Assembly (NCBI GenBank): GCA_051294375.1
Contig: CM119263.1
Span: 8,133,992-8,197,991, forward strand
DNA length: 64,000 nt
Direction: 5' to 3'
Origin: Paraspadella gotoi
Lineage: Eukaryota > Animalia > Chaetognatha
Shown: piece after piece, positions 1-14,242 of the stretch
How positions within the stretch are numbered: the first letter of the stretch is position 1
Layout: the number at the start of each line of letters is the position of its first letter
Translations under genes and position numbers: made by a program
Notes under the pieces: generated by a model
The model's database searches: none
Told to the model about the DNA's origin: nothing
Seen by the model: the letters and a program-made list of their open reading frames with translations, nothing else

Positions 1-1011
1 AGAGAGAGAGAAAATCATTTTATATTTTTAAAAGATTTTACTATTAATTTTTTTCTTAAATCAATCTACAAGTCCGTCCATCCATCCTTCCATCTCTCAA
101 ACTTATCTGAAATAAGTGACTTTTCCTGCTCGAGTAGAAAAAAATGACGTTCCAATTTCCGCCCAATGATAAAATACGTCTCACCGTCAAGCATTTCCGA
201 AGAAACAATAGACTAAACAACGTAATAAAGGTTATGAGGGCTAAAACTCATTTTCTCTCTCACCATTAGTTCAGTACTTGTTCGTGCATTTGCCTATGTA
301 CAATCATTAAAAGAGATGAAGATTAGATACAAACGATTTTAGTTAAATTTCCTCTTGTCAAATGTCTGCCTGCTCCGTTTTTACGAAATTCCGCTCTTCG
401 CAACCAAGAGGACGAGAACGACTGGACATTTCAAGTTTCAATGTTAAAAGAGTCGATTTTTATTAATTCAAATAAGAGATGAGCGTAATTTCTCCATTTT
501 CTCTTTCGCCGCCATTCCGATGGGCGGTACCGCCGGACTCGACTCGATCCCACCCTCGACTCGAACAATAAAAGCAGAGAAAAACACCATCGCGTTTAAT
601 TCGCTCTCTCTCTTTTTTTTTTGTTGGGCAACAAACCAGATCCTTTGAAAGAAACCGCGAAGATGCGCGCCTGGGACGCCCCTCTGTGAATGCTGCCGCC
701 GTCGCCGCCGCCGCCGCCGCCGCAGCCACGACATTTTTTGACAAATGGCCGCCTCGGGAAGACCAAAAGAAGTTGGTTTCGCACCGACGCTTTATTGTTT
801 ATCGCCGTCGTCGTCGTTTCCTNNNNNNNNNNNNNNNNNNNNNNNNNNNNNNNNNNNNNNNNNNNNNNNNNNNNNNNNNNNNNNNNNNNNNNNNNNNNNN
901 NNNNNNNNNNNNNNNNNNNNNNNNNNNNNNNNNNNNNNNNNNNNNNNNNNNNNNNNNNNNNNNNNNNNNNNNNNNNNNNNNNNNNNNNNNNNNNNNNNNN
1001 NNNNNTTCTTT

Positions 1012-1600
1012 CACTGTCTGCTATCCCGTTTTTGCTTGGTTCCTTCCAAAGTTCATTCGAGTTCCGTTTTCGTCTTTTTTCTTTTTCGTTCGACATGTCG
1101 GGCGTAACAATGTCTAACAGCTTTGTCTCGATGTATATTCCTTTCTTTCTTTCTTTCTTTGTAATTATACGGTATACCACTTTTTTTACTTTATTCATTT
1201 CCTCTCTCTCACTTCTCCCTCTTTTTCCCCGGGAAGCCTGTGAAGGGATAGGAATCTGCTCTCTCTGTCTCTCTCTCNNNNNNNNNNNNNNNNNNNNNNN
1301 NNCACTGTCTGCTATCCCGTTTTGCTTGGTTCCTTCCAAATTTCCATTCGAGTTCGTTTCGTCTCCCTTTTTCTTTTTCGTTCGACATTTGTCGGGGCCG
1401 TAACAATGTCTAACAGCTTGTCTCGATGTATAATTCCTTCCTTCTTTCTTTCTTCCTTTTTGTTTGTTATAAATTGATACGGTTTTTATACACTTTTTTA
1501 TTTATTCATTCCTCTCTCTCACTTCTCCTCCCCCTCCCCTCTTTTTCCCCGGGAAGCCCTCACTGTGTGAAGGGATAAGGAATCTGGCTCTTCTCTCTCC
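1012..1600 (+). repeat. Tandem duplicate across a 25-N gap (1012-1277 repeated as a noisier copy from 1303); probable gap-fill artefact
   Basis: Both sides begin CACTGTCTGCTATCCCG and run colinearly to GAAGGGATA(A)GGAATCTG. The second copy differs mainly by small indels. Confidence 0.85.
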
Positions 1601-2027
1601 TTTCTTTTCTCTCTGCATCTCTCTCTCTCTCTCTCTCTCCTCTCCCTCTCTCTCCCTCCTTCTCTACTCTCCTCTCTCTCTCTTCCCTCCCTTGCCCGAC
1701 TCCGTTTTTAACTCCGCAGCCACGCAAAAACCCCGCTCACAATTGCACGCTAGCGATTTGACTGCGCGCGCAAGCAGACATCTTCATATCTTTATTACTT
1801 TTTCCCCTCTTCTTCCCCCTTCTCCATCTTCTCCTTATTAGTCCCATTACATCCATCCATATTTTATGTCTTCTCTCATAAGGAAATCTCTCCAAATTCC
1901 ATTGCTTCCAATGCGCCCATAAAATCCTCGCCGTATTTGCCAGAGAGATGTTATTCAAAAGCCAAGATCGTTTCCCTTTGACAAACGTATTTCAAAGAAA
2001 ACTGGCTGTTTTGTCTGCCGGATTCGT

Positions 2028-2160
<133 letters not shown>

Positions 2161-2776
2161 ATCCTATACGGCGATTGTCAGATGTCAAACCCTAACGTTT
2201 TCTTGGCATCAACCATCAGGGGTTGCCATAATCTCGAACTTCTTTAAAACCTTTCACTCGTCTGCCCTCTTTTCTCTGAATCTCTAATCATTCACCGCGT
2301 TCGTCAATTTCTTTTTTCATTCATTTATAAAGTTTAGTATATTATCTAAATAAAAGCTCAACGGCTTATTTATTGAGTGAATGAATAATTTTTATTTTTT
2401 TTAAATGCAAATTTCAAATTTCAATATTGTTACATCCACTTTTTGCTCATCATAAATCTTTTTTTTTTTAAATTTTATTATTTACTTTAATGGTAATTCA
2501 TTTTTCTAACGTTGAATTTATAAATAAAATTCATCGCGACGACCTGGAATGAGCGCTTGCGTTTTTTTCATATCATTTTTTTTTATCATTTTTTCTCCCT
2601 TTCCATTATTCTTGTATTGAATGTTCTCTGTTTCCCCGCATGCGATGCCAAACAGACGGGCACGCCTAAAAAAGATTATAGCTCTTGAGGCGTTTCCCGG
2701 CTTTCGTTTCGTTTCGTCTCTCTCTCTCTCTCTCTCTCTNNNNNNNNNNNNNNNNNNNNNNNNNTCTCTCTTCTCT

Positions 2777-2821
<45 letters not shown>

Positions 2822-3605
2822 TCTGGCTCTCTCTCTCTCTCTCTCTCCCTCCTCAATATCCCCAGGTTTTCTTTTGTTTTTTCTTTCTCCAACCTTTTCT
2901 GCGCTTCTCTTGTTTTTATTTTCCTAATCTTCAAGTTTTTTTTCTTCCTTCATTTTTTTGTTCCTTTTTTGAGTTTTATCCCCTTTTGTTATTTTTTTCG
3001 TGCTGGTTCCTTTTCATTTTTTTAAACTTGTTTTCATTCATATATGTTTAATTTTCAATTTTTTTCTTACTTTTTTTTTGGTTAATTTTTTTTTATATCA
3101 GCAGGTTTCTTTTATTTTTCTATTTCAAATGAAATAAACCTGCCACACTCCCGTATTTTTTCTCTCGGTTGTTTATATATTTATTTATAATTTATTTTTA
3201 TTTTTAAATATGTTTTCCTGTTTTCATTACGAAAATATTTAAATACCCGGTCGTCAGTCTATTTTCTAAGCAAGCATCTGACTGCCTTCTAGCTTTTGAA
3301 GATTCTCTCCTGCGCTTGAGTGCTCTTGTTTTGCTCGTTTTCGTTTTTTCCTTTTTCTTCTTTCTCTTTCTTTTCTCTTTCTTTCTTTCTTCTTCTTCTT
3401 TCTTTCTTCTTCTTTCTTTCTTTCTTCTTCTTCTTCTTCTTCTTCTTTCTCTCTTCTTTTTTCTTTCTCTTTCTTCTTCTTTTTTTCTTTCTTCTTTCTT
3501 TCTTCTTTCTTTCTTTCCTTTCTAATCGTCTCGGTATCATCAGGGATTCGGAAAGCGTGTGTCGCCCCACCGCCGTCGTCGGTCTTCGTCGTCGACATCT
3601 CCATC

Positions 3606-3637
<32 letters not shown>

Positions 3638-4117
3638 TATCATCAATCATCATCATCGTCGTTCGTCCGTTTCGTCGTCGTCATCTCTCACCTCATTTAA
3701 AGTCTGTCATCGCTTTTGTGCACGTCTTTTGTCTAGTTGTTATCTTTTTTTGTTGTCGGTGTGTTCTTCTGTTCGTCCTCTTCCCCACGGTCTTCGTCGT
3801 CGTCGTCGGTCGTCGTCGTCGTCGTCGCCGCGGCCGCCGTAACGTAATGATCCCGAGATGGGAGGATGCCCATCAGAGACTTTCGCGGAAACTTTCAGGT
3901 CATGAAAAGGACGGGCTGCTCTCTCTTGGCCGAGCGTCAACGAGAAAAGGAATCGGAGAGTAGAGCGCGACGGGACGCCACGCGGCTTTTCAAAACAAAC
4001 AAAACAAATCGTTGACGAGAAGATCAGGAAAAAAATTGAATTAGCTAGAACTATAAACGATGAGAAAAAAAAACATATAGCACTGGTACTTTATGTAACG
4101 ATGAAATCCAATAAGTA

Positions 4118-7100
4118 CGTACCGGAAACCTAGAATGTCGTAAGTCTGTACATGGATAACTTTTCCATTTATAGGATAATGCTTTATGGATTTTATAGGA
4201 GGGTTGCCTGGAGGTCTGGCTATTGCCCTTTTAAGCAATTTTTTAAAAAAAATTTTAAACACTAAAATTGGGTCAAAAATTTTTTCTAAAAAAATTGCAT
4301 AGCTCCAATATATTTAAATTTTTTTCTTAAAATTGCTTAAATTGTACTCAAGAGTGGTTTTGTAAACTACTGTTAACAATATTTGTTACTATCAAAAAGT
4401 TTTTTCCATATTTTATCAGCGCAATATTTTAGATGGGTCATTTTTTTCAATTGATGCATAACTTCCTGTATTTGTGAATATTATGGTTTTTAAATTTTAG
4501 TAATAGGTGGGCCTGGGGTAGTCCTACATTACATATAAATTTTCAATCCATTTTGAAAAACTTTTTTGACACAGTCAAATTTTTTTTTACAAAATTCAAT
4601 TGTCAATCCTGCTAAAAATATTATTGCCAAATAATGTTATTCCTTTGCCTATAATCAGTTAAAACATATTTAATAAGCCTAAAGCAAAAAAAATTTTCTC
4701 AACCATTTTAAAAACTCATTTGCCATATTGCTTGCATTTTATATTTTTTTACATTTTCACATAAAAGTAATCCATTTTTAATTTTGTATAAGATAATATA
4801 TAATCAGACCTTTAAAAATATACCATCAAATCTAATTTTTATAATTTCAAAATATTTAAAATTATATTTTAAATATTACTAAAAATTAGGATTTTAATAA
4901 GCATTCTGCTAAACTTTTTCAAAGTGGGCACGTTGAAACGAGTGGCAACTCAAGGATTCCAAATATATAATTTTTTTACCAAATTTATTGTTCCCAATGC
5001 TGAGATATTCTTTTCCAAGTGCCTCAAAAATTTGAAAAAAACACTACTTTTAATCGTTAATAAAAAATGCTCTATGATAGTTTTGTTTCAAATACTTTGG
5101 TACTAGGTCAAGAATTGTTCATATTTTGTGGTAATGTCATGTCCAGAATAAAATAAAATTATAGAGATTCCTCAATCGATTTTAAATTTGGCAGAAACAT
5201 TTTACTTCTTTTTTACAGGTTTTAGAGTATGTATAAACGTTTCTCTGATTACGCCAAAATAGCATGAGAAATCCAAAAGTTAATAGTACAATAGTTGGTG
5301 TTATCTCTCCAAATAGCATGAAAAAAAACCTTGTAAATTTTGATCTGGCAATAGGTAACTTAGGCGTACCAATGGCATCGTCCATCAATCGTGCTTTCAA
5401 ATAATTTTTTTATTTAATACATTTTGAAAGGGGGAAAAGGAAATTAAAATGCTGGTGCATGAAAGTTATAAAAATCTGGCATAGTGACTTGAAATCTTTT
5501 AATGTCTTGCGTAAATGGGGGCTGTAATAACCCAAAAATTCATCATTTTAAGTCAGTCAATCAACCCTTTCAAATAGGTTAGTTCTACGAAATTTTTTAG
5601 TTGAAGAAAAAAAAAATTGAAGAAGAGAAAAAATTTTGCAGACAGTCTATTTGAAAGGGTGATTTGACTGATTAATAATTGAATTTTTTGGGGTGTTATT
5701 ACTGCCCCATTACGCAGACATATAAAGTCATAATTTTCAAGTCACTATGGCCAGTTTTTTATAAATTTCATTGCCACCAGCATTTCTAATCTTTTCCCCT
5801 TTCAAATGTATTAAATTAAAAGAATTATTTGAAGAACCGATTGGCATGGACGATGCATTGGTACGCCTAAGTACCCCTATTTTCCAGATCAAATTTTTTA
5901 AACAAGGGTTTTTTTCCATCTATTTAGACATAACACCAACTATTGGTACTATTAAACTTTTGATTTCTCCAAATTTTCTATTTTGCGCGTAATCACTGAG
6001 AAACGTTTATCATACTCTAAAAACTTAGTAAAAAAGAGTAAAATGTTCTGCCAAATTTAAAAACGATTTGAGAAATCTACTATTTAATATTTATATTCCC
6101 TGGACATGACATACCACAAAATTGAACAATTCTTGACCTAGTTACCAGTATTGAAACAAACTATCATAGTCGCATTTTTTATTAACGATTAAAAAAGTAG
6201 GTTTTTTTCAATTTTTGAGCACTTTGGAAAGGAATTTATCTCAGCTTGGGGACATTAAATTTGGTAAAAAATTATATATTTGGGAATCCTTGAGTTGCCC
6301 TCTTTTTAATGATGCCCATTTTGAAAATGGTTAAGCGATGCTTATTTAAATTCCCTAATTTTTAGTAATATTTAAAATACATTTAAAAAATATTTAAATT
6401 TTATTTAAATTAGGATTTGATGGTATATTTTTTAAAGTCTGATTATTTTATCTGTTGTACCAAAATTTTAAAAATGGATTTACTTTTATGTGAAAAATGT
6501 AAAAAAAATATTAAAATGCAACAATATGCAAATGAGTTTTTTAAAATGTTTGAGTAACAATTTTGATTAGGCTTATTTTAAATATGTTTTAACTGATTTA
6601 TAGGCAAAGAAATAACATTATTTAGCAATAATATTTTTAGCAGGATTGAACAATTTGAATTTTGGTTTAAAAAAATTTTGACCTGCTGCCAAAAAGTTTT
6701 CAATGATTGAAATTATATGATATTGAAGGACTACCCAAGGGCCCCACCTATTACTAAAATTTAAAACCATAATATTCACAAATAAGGAAGTTATGCATCA
6801 TTGAAATGACCCATCTAAATATTACACTGATAAATATGGAAAAAAACTTTGATAGTAAACATAATTTCTACCAGAAGTTTACAAACTCCTCTTGAGTACC
6901 ATTTGAGCAAACATTTTAAGAAAAAATTTAAAATATATTGGAGCTATGGCAAGTTTTTTAAAAAAAAATTTTAACCAATTTTAAGTGGTTTAAGATTATT
7001 TTTTTTAAAAATTGTCTCTAAATGGCAATGCATGAACATCCAGCACCTCCTATAAAATCCTAAAGCATTTATCCTATAAATGGAACGTTATCCCATGTAC

Positions 7101-7130
7101 AGACTTAGACATTCTAGGTTTCCGTACTTG
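4118..7130. mobile_element. Non-autonomous foldback (fully palindromic) DNA transposon, ~1.48 kb inverted arms, ~30 bp spacer, TA target-site duplication; Tc1/mariner/pogo-like
   Basis: Left end TA|CGTACCGGAAACCTAGAATGTC mirrors right end GACATTCTAGGTTTCCGTACTTG|TA. Internal mirrored anchors at ~4501/6727, ~5102/6124, ~5355/5846 and ~5561/5647; spacer ~5599-5627. An empty site with a single TA is seen at 17611-17612 (AATAAGC-TA-CATCCCGG) and in reverse complement at 38376-38377. No transposase ORF recognised. Confidence 0.88.
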
Positions 7131-8135
7131 TACATCCCGGAACGGCCATGTTAAGCAACTAAACGAAACTATGTTTAATCTATAATTAGTGTCTTAAATA
7201 AATACTACATTTTTGTTTTAAAATAGGAGGAGAAAAAAAAAATAAAAATTGAAGATTAAGCGTCATCTCTTAGAGGCCCAGAAAGGGACGAGCAAATTCG
7301 ATGCTATAACGGACGACGACGACGACGACGGACGACCGATGACGACGACGACGACGACGACGGACGACGACGACGACGACGACGACAGCGGATTTGGTTG
7401 ACAAAGTCGACAATAACTTATGATTACTATATTTATATTTATATCATTAGAAAAAACATCAAAAGTCCCGGAACATGCGTATTATGAGTCGTGGAATTAA
7501 GTTAAATTATGTGACAAAAATAAATCACTAACTTTAATTCTTGCGGAGTTGGGCCAACTCTTATATAGTAACGGGAGAGGGGAAAATGAAACTAATGATG
7601 TGAGTGAAAAATAAGAAAAAAAAAATATATAAAGGAGCACTAAGAGCCTAAATATAATTGAATTTATTTGAGCTAGAAAGCCCAATCATATGCAGCTTTT
7701 AGCATTCCGCTAGAAGCCCGAAATTTACTGGCTGCTTTAGCCAAATATTCGGTAGGAGTCCCGAAAAAGCTGCGAACGAAAGCCAATCGGGGGAAACAAA
7801 AATGGGCACCGACTGGATATCGGAAAATAAAAATCGAGATGGAGTGAAATTTGTGGTCGTTCGAGTCAATCATGATTTCATGTATGATAAAATGATTGAT
7901 AAAAATTGATGATAAAAATGATTAGATAACATTTTTCGAAGGCATAATCCCGTTATCAAGATTATCTTCATCGGTCTTGTTATTATCATGAAGAAAAAAC
8001 CCGAACCATAATCGGCCCAGTCGTTACCCTTTTACCTACTTCTCTTTTTTTTTGCAAAAGGATATACCTCTCTACTCGGCTCATTTTCACCTTTCTTCTA
8101 CTTACTTATCTCTCTCTCTCTCTCTCTCCCTCTTG

Positions 8136-8169
<34 letters not shown>

Positions 8170-9219
8170 TTCTCTCTTCTCTCTCTTCTGTTTTCTCCTT
8201 CGTCGTCGTTGACCAAAGTCTTTAGAAGTTGTCTGACGGTTTTAAATAAATGAAGAGAAAAAATGGATTTTTCAATTTCCTTCCATTCATCAAAAAATCA
8301 AAGAGAGAGAGAGGAGAGAGATGAGAGAGAGGAGAGAGAGAGAGAGAGGAGAGGAGAGAGAGAGAAAGAGAGAGGAGAGGGAGGAAGAGAGAAGAAAGAG
8401 ATGGAGAAGGAGAGAGTGAGAAGCTACAGCTTTGACGCCAACAAAAAAATTGCCCATTGAGCATGGTGGAGAAAAAAAGGGAGGGGAAAAAATGTGGTCC
8501 CCCCAAAAAAAAAGCTTCAATCGGACATAAATTGAGTTGTTTTGCGGGGGGGCGGAGATAAAGGCGACGACAATGACGACGACGCAGGACGAACGATAAC
8601 AGCGAGGACGACCAAAACGACGACAGTTCACCGACACGACGACGTCCGGTGACGTCAGCCTCAACCCAATAATTTTCCACTTAAATCACCGATTGTCCCG
8701 CGAAATTCCGGCGCTGCGAATTTCTTCTGACGCGGATTTATTTCCGGCTTTAGAATTGAAAAGATAAGCTTTTCATTAAGAGAGAGAGAGGGAGAGAGAG
8801 AGAGAGAGACGAAGAGAGATAGAGACGATGAGGAGAGAGATGAGAGAGAGAGAGAGAGCAGAGAGAGAGAGAGGAAGAGAGAGAGCAGAGATCGTGGCGA
8901 CCTTCTTCACTACAAAAAACCATCCGTTTATCGGCTCTTCGAGCTTAAGCTTTTTTTTTAGATTTCACTGAAAAAAATTTAAAATAGTTTCTTCTTTTTT
9001 GCATTAAAAAAGAAATTAAACAATTTTTTTAAAATTCGATTTTGTCTCGTCGTCGTCGTCACGTCGTGGTTGTTGTGTTGTTGTCGTTGTTGTTGATTAC
9101 TTTTTCATACTCGATCTCCATCATCATTTGCCTTTTTTGTTTATCTTCTCTAAAAGCGTAACGCTTCCGGACTTTGAATAAAAGAAAAAAGATGAGAAAG
9201 AGAGAGAGATGATGAGATG

Positions 9220-9262
<43 letters not shown>

Positions 9263-9438
9263 AAGAGAGAGAGAGAAGAGAGAGAGAGAAAGGTAAAACG
9301 GTTTATAAACTTTGGAATAGAATTCTGTTTTCGTCTTTGGATTTCAGATCCACCTCAGGCATGATGATGGAATCGCGTTCTGAGTTTTAATGGTGCGCTG
9401 CTGTCGGCGAAATATAAAAATCTATGCGGCGTTTGTTT

Positions 9439-9780
9439 AGTTTTTCTGTAGTCGGACATTGCTCCTAAGTTCACCGGGTTCTATCCCAACCTTGTTACCT
9501 ACCCTGCGGAAGTGTTGAAGACGGCCGTAAGCCGTCTTGGGGGGAGTAAAAATCTCGAGCTGGTTCAAGCCAGAAACCCGCATTCCCATGGCTGCTAGAG
9601 GGGCACAGAGATACGGATAGTAGTCTTCAGCCCACTGGAGCGGCCTTATTCCACAATTCATACCAATATGAGGGGTAAACAGTTGAATTTTAACTTAAAT
9701 CCAAAATAGGACATCAATTCAGCCAATGATGTTTGTAAAGAGACAACAATAAAGCTTTCAATATTTTATTGCGAAGGAAA
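9439..9780 (-). mobile_element. Fragment resembling the 3' terminal repeat of an Ngaro/PAT-type DIRS retrotransposon (copy 1)
   Basis: GC-rich island in AT/microsatellite DNA. The minus-strand consensus of three copies reads GGGTTCTGGGCTTGGAACC...CTCGAG...ACTCCCCCAAGACGGC...GGTGAACTTATGCAATG, which resembles Ngaro B-repeat motifs as I recall them. No RT or recombinase ORF is seen, and the inner boundary is approximate. Confidence 0.5.
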
Positions 9781-11293
9781 AACGAAAACAAGGAGGAAAA
9801 AATTAAAACTCTTATATTTATCTGTTAATGTTACAGCTAAACTGTCACAGGAATGTTCTGGGAGTGTATATTTTTAATTTCATAGTTGAATATAGAATAA
9901 TATATATTCAAATCGTGTACTGGAACACTGATTTTTAGCAAACGATTTAATCACAAATAACAATTTCGGCCTAATTATTGTTTTCTGCTGCAGACAACGT
10001 AATTATTTACTTTTTTTTTTTACACCTTTTCCCCATTTTTTTTCTCCGGGCGTCGCGGACCTCGCAGGTAAGTCAATCAACTAAACTCGTTTGTGTTATT
10101 TTTTTTTCAAAGATGATGATATATGCTTGGTCGCTTGGTGCCATATAATCTTTCTTTTGATGCCGCAAGGAGAAAGAAAAAAAGCATACGTGAGGAAGAG
10201 AGTTGAGAAAGGGAAAGCGATTTGGAGAGAGAAAGATGAGAGAAAAAGAAAGAAAGAGAGAAAGAGAAACAAAGACGCAGAAAGAGAAAGTGAAACAGAA
10301 GGAGGGAGCGAAAAAATAAATAAAAATTGGTGTTCCCTCTAAAAATAAATAGGACTCCTCGTTGGCGGTTTTCTCAAACCTAGTTTCCTTATTAGACAAA
10401 AGAGATTTAAAGAAAAGCTTTTTCTTTTTTTTCTTTCGCCCAAAATCCTCTTAAAAAAAAAACCAAAAAAAAACTCCGACGTAAAATGTTTAATCAACTT
10501 TTGCGCGTCACATTTCTGCCATGAGAAAAAATATCCAAGATGAAAACCTAAAACTACAACATATTTTTTATGGAAAATAAATTTCACAATCGATATAAGG
10601 AATAGTTATTTTGAGTCTAGCTTGTGAGAATCTTTCGTCAGAATTAAAGGAAAAATATTTAACTTGGCACTTTTCCTGGTTTGACTGAACTGGGCACGAA
10701 CGCGGAAAATACAAATCGGAAAACCTCACTTATTTTCGAATACAAGTTTCGTATAGTAAAATATAGCCGCTTCCTCTGTAATTTTATCTCGTTCGCAACG
10801 CAATTTGTTGCGAGAAGTTTGGCTTAAAAAAACTATTTCGAATGCCGAAACAAAAACGACGGCCAAGTCTTCTGGGACGTGGACTTGGATTCATTACTCT
10901 GTGACAACCTGAATACAGTTTAGGCCTTGCTGTCTCGATCATTTTCCACTTTGCTCGCTGACTGTCACAGCAGTCCGATTAATATTGTCGTCGCCTCTTC
11001 CATCCAGATTTGCATAATTCTTCAAGAAAAATAAGATCACAGAGAGATAATGAAAAATGAAAGGAGGAAAATCCAAGCGGTTGGATAAATGCTTTATCCT
11101 TACTAATCCTCGAAAATTTCTCCGATTACTCAATTAAGAAACAAAAAAACCTGTCTTTTTCCAACAGAGTTAAATCTTTCGTTTTTTACGTTACATTTTT
11201 TTAAAATTAAAATCAGATGATGGAAATGAAGCAACAGAGAGAGAGAGAGACGGAGAGAGAGAGAGAGAGAGAGAGAGGAGGAGAGAGAGAGGG

Positions 11294-11337
<44 letters not shown>

Positions 11338-12566
11338 AGAGATTCAAAACATAAAAAGGAAAAATATTTCCGAATCGAGTTAAAAAAAAAATATATTTCT
11401 TCGCCTATTCGAGGCGAAGGCAGAAAAAAAAAATCTGGGAATCAGTGAAATTAGTCTTTTGTTATTCAGGTTTTTAAATTTGGTTTAGTCCCCCTCACCT
11501 CCCACGTGAGGAGCAGCCGGACGCCGGCTTGGCTGGCGGCCCACGCAAGTGGTTTGATAGCCTGCTAACCATTATGAAAGGCCCTCGGTCGATGCGGTAC
11601 GCCAAATGAAAGGGGATACAAAGAGGAAGAGAGAGAGAGGAGAGAGATAGGGAGAGCAGAGAGAGGAGAGAGAGAGAGAGAGAGAGAGAGTTAAAAAAAA
11701 AAAGAGGAGCTTAAGCGGTTTGGTTGGGCCTTGAAAAAGGTGGCTGAGGCCAGTTTTAAACTTAATGTAAACAGTTTTAATTCCTGGGCAATCAAAAGAG
11801 AAGCACCAAACCTTGAGCTTCGGTCTGAATTTAATTTGTTGCCACCCTCTAAATTTAGATAGAAATGAGAAAAAAGAGAGAAAAAAAAAAAGTGAGAGAA
11901 GAGAGAGAGAGAGAGAGGATGAGAGAGATGAGATGGAGGAGAGAGGAGAGAGATGAAGAGAAGAGAGAGATGGGGATATAAAAAATGAAATAATCAAAAA
12001 ATGCATTCTGGTCTGAGTCGAAAGCGATGAAAAATACAGAACGGCGAGAGAGAGAGAGAGAGAGAAGGAGGAGAGAGAGGAGAAGAGAGAGGAGAGAGAG
12101 AGAGCAGAGAGAGATGGGTGGAGAGAGAGAGGAGAGAAGAGAGAGATGAGAGAGAGAGAGAGAGGAGAGAGTGGGTATGCTTAAACTGCCGGTCCAGTGA
12201 GAGCGTGTTAAAGTTTCATTCTTGGAAGCGGAATGAAAATCCGCTTCGACTCCGAATCATCTTTGGGCGTTTTCTGTCGCCTATGACAACCGGGTAATTA
12301 GTTTATTTTAAAATTTAAAAACTTCTTTCATTTCTCACTAGTTAAATAATATTTTAGTATTCGATCCGTAATTACATTCGAATTCTTTTCTTCACGATTT
12401 CTCTTGCTTGGACAACCATTAGAGCAGTCGCAATCGTATTTTCTAAATTTTTTAAACGATATCTTTTCATTGACAAATTACGTACGAATCATGACTCATA
12501 AAGGGACATTATTTTGCAATCTAGAAAATTAATATTCAAAATTAAAATTTCTCTCTCTTCCTCCCT

Positions 12567-12610
<44 letters not shown>

Positions 12611-14142
12611 CTCTCTTCTCTCTGCTCTCTCTTCTCTCACACACACACACACATTTCCTCTGTTTACCAATAATGGGGAGCCACACTTAATGCTGTTTCG
12701 CGACTGAAAATGCAACCAGACACAAGAAATTTTTAAAAAGCGTCAGGATTTCTTTTCAATTACTCTCTATTCTTTAATTCCCCTTCGCCTCTTTCCCTGT
12801 GGTCCGCAGCTTCTTCACGGATGAAGGCCTCGTCCTCCAAAATGGCATCTCATCTTCAGTTTCTTAACTTCGATCAATCGGCCCTTCTTTTCCCACAAGA
12901 CGCCCACAACCCTAACACGCGATCTCTCATCTTACTACATGCGGGTTTTTTCTTTTAGGACCGGGATGCATCGAGCCCCTCATTCATGCTAGAAAATTGC
13001 TCCTCTTAAATTACTTCCTTGACTCCAAAGACCTCCTTAATGCTCCACGCAAGACCGTCCACCAAAGTCTTCCCACGTCCAAACTCTGCGCGCCCCAAGT
13101 ATCTCGGTTTGCGCTACGTAAGTTACCCGCGAGACGAGGTCTGAAAAAAAAAAGGCGGATTTTTTTTAAATTGAAAAAAAAAAAGAAGAATATCCAGGTC
13201 CCACTGCTCCCTCCATTTTCCATTCTTCCTTTTGATTATTCCGTTCGTTTTTCAAGTTGATCACGGACGACGGACGACGACGACGAAGGACGACGCACGA
13301 CGAAGACGACGACTACACGATGTCGACGATATTCAAATTGGAGCGAAAGAGAGAGGAAAAAAAAAAAAAAAAGAATTGGCGTCCCGTGCGCCTCGTCATT
13401 GGCGTCGCTGGGTAATTAGGAAAGCGTCACGACCATGATTGTCTGGATCGGATTTGCCCTTGGACTGGATTTGTGACGGGATTGGATTGACTATGATTTG
13501 AGGCCTTGAATGGCTGATAGCATTTTGATGAGCCGATATGAACTGGTGGTTAAAAAACGAAGACTGATCCAAACGTTTTCGATGTATCGGATTGGTTTAT
13601 TTCAAAGATAATTGCAACAGTAACGAATTGGCGCAGCCCATTCCAGATTTAAGGAAGAACCAATCGGTTTCTCGGTGATTTTTTTTCACTAAATCTCAAT
13701 TAACTGATTTGGTGATCAACGTGATCCGTTGCTCTTATTGATTCTGATGATGTGCTGAGGGAGGTGATGGTTCAGGAAGACATGCATAGATGAGAAGTAG
13801 GAGGTTGAGGACCTTTGTGTGGCAGCGATGTTGCAGATGGTGGCGTTGCAGAGAAGAGGAGGGGCGATTCCGTGCTTCCCTTTCTCCTCATCGGATTCGT
13901 TGAACGGCGTCTGGATCAGTTTCATCCACGTTTCGTTCAATCGGAACATTTTCGTCCAATTAAATCTGGAAATCAGGAGAGAAAAAAAGGAATGAAAAGA
14001 TAAAGGTTCGAAAAAAAAAAGATGATAGATAGTCTGGTAAAAAGGGAAAATATATGTGCAAAAAAAAACGAGCTATTTTATAACTTTAAATTCTAGACCA
14101 CTCTAGACTCTTCTCTCTCTCTCTCTCTCTTCTCTCTCTCTT

Positions 14143-14174
<32 letters not shown>

Positions 14175-14199
14175 CTCATTCTCTCTCTCTCTCTTCTCT

Positions 14200-14242
<43 letters not shown>

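Noticed and set aside
5599-5627. Palindrome as a missed-adapter long-read chimera
   Set aside because: The spacer is not adapter sequence, and the flanks resume colinearly with a TA duplication.
5182-5992. Short ORFs within the foldback arms
   Set aside because: The mirror copies do not keep the same frame, and no HTH or DDE motifs were recognised.
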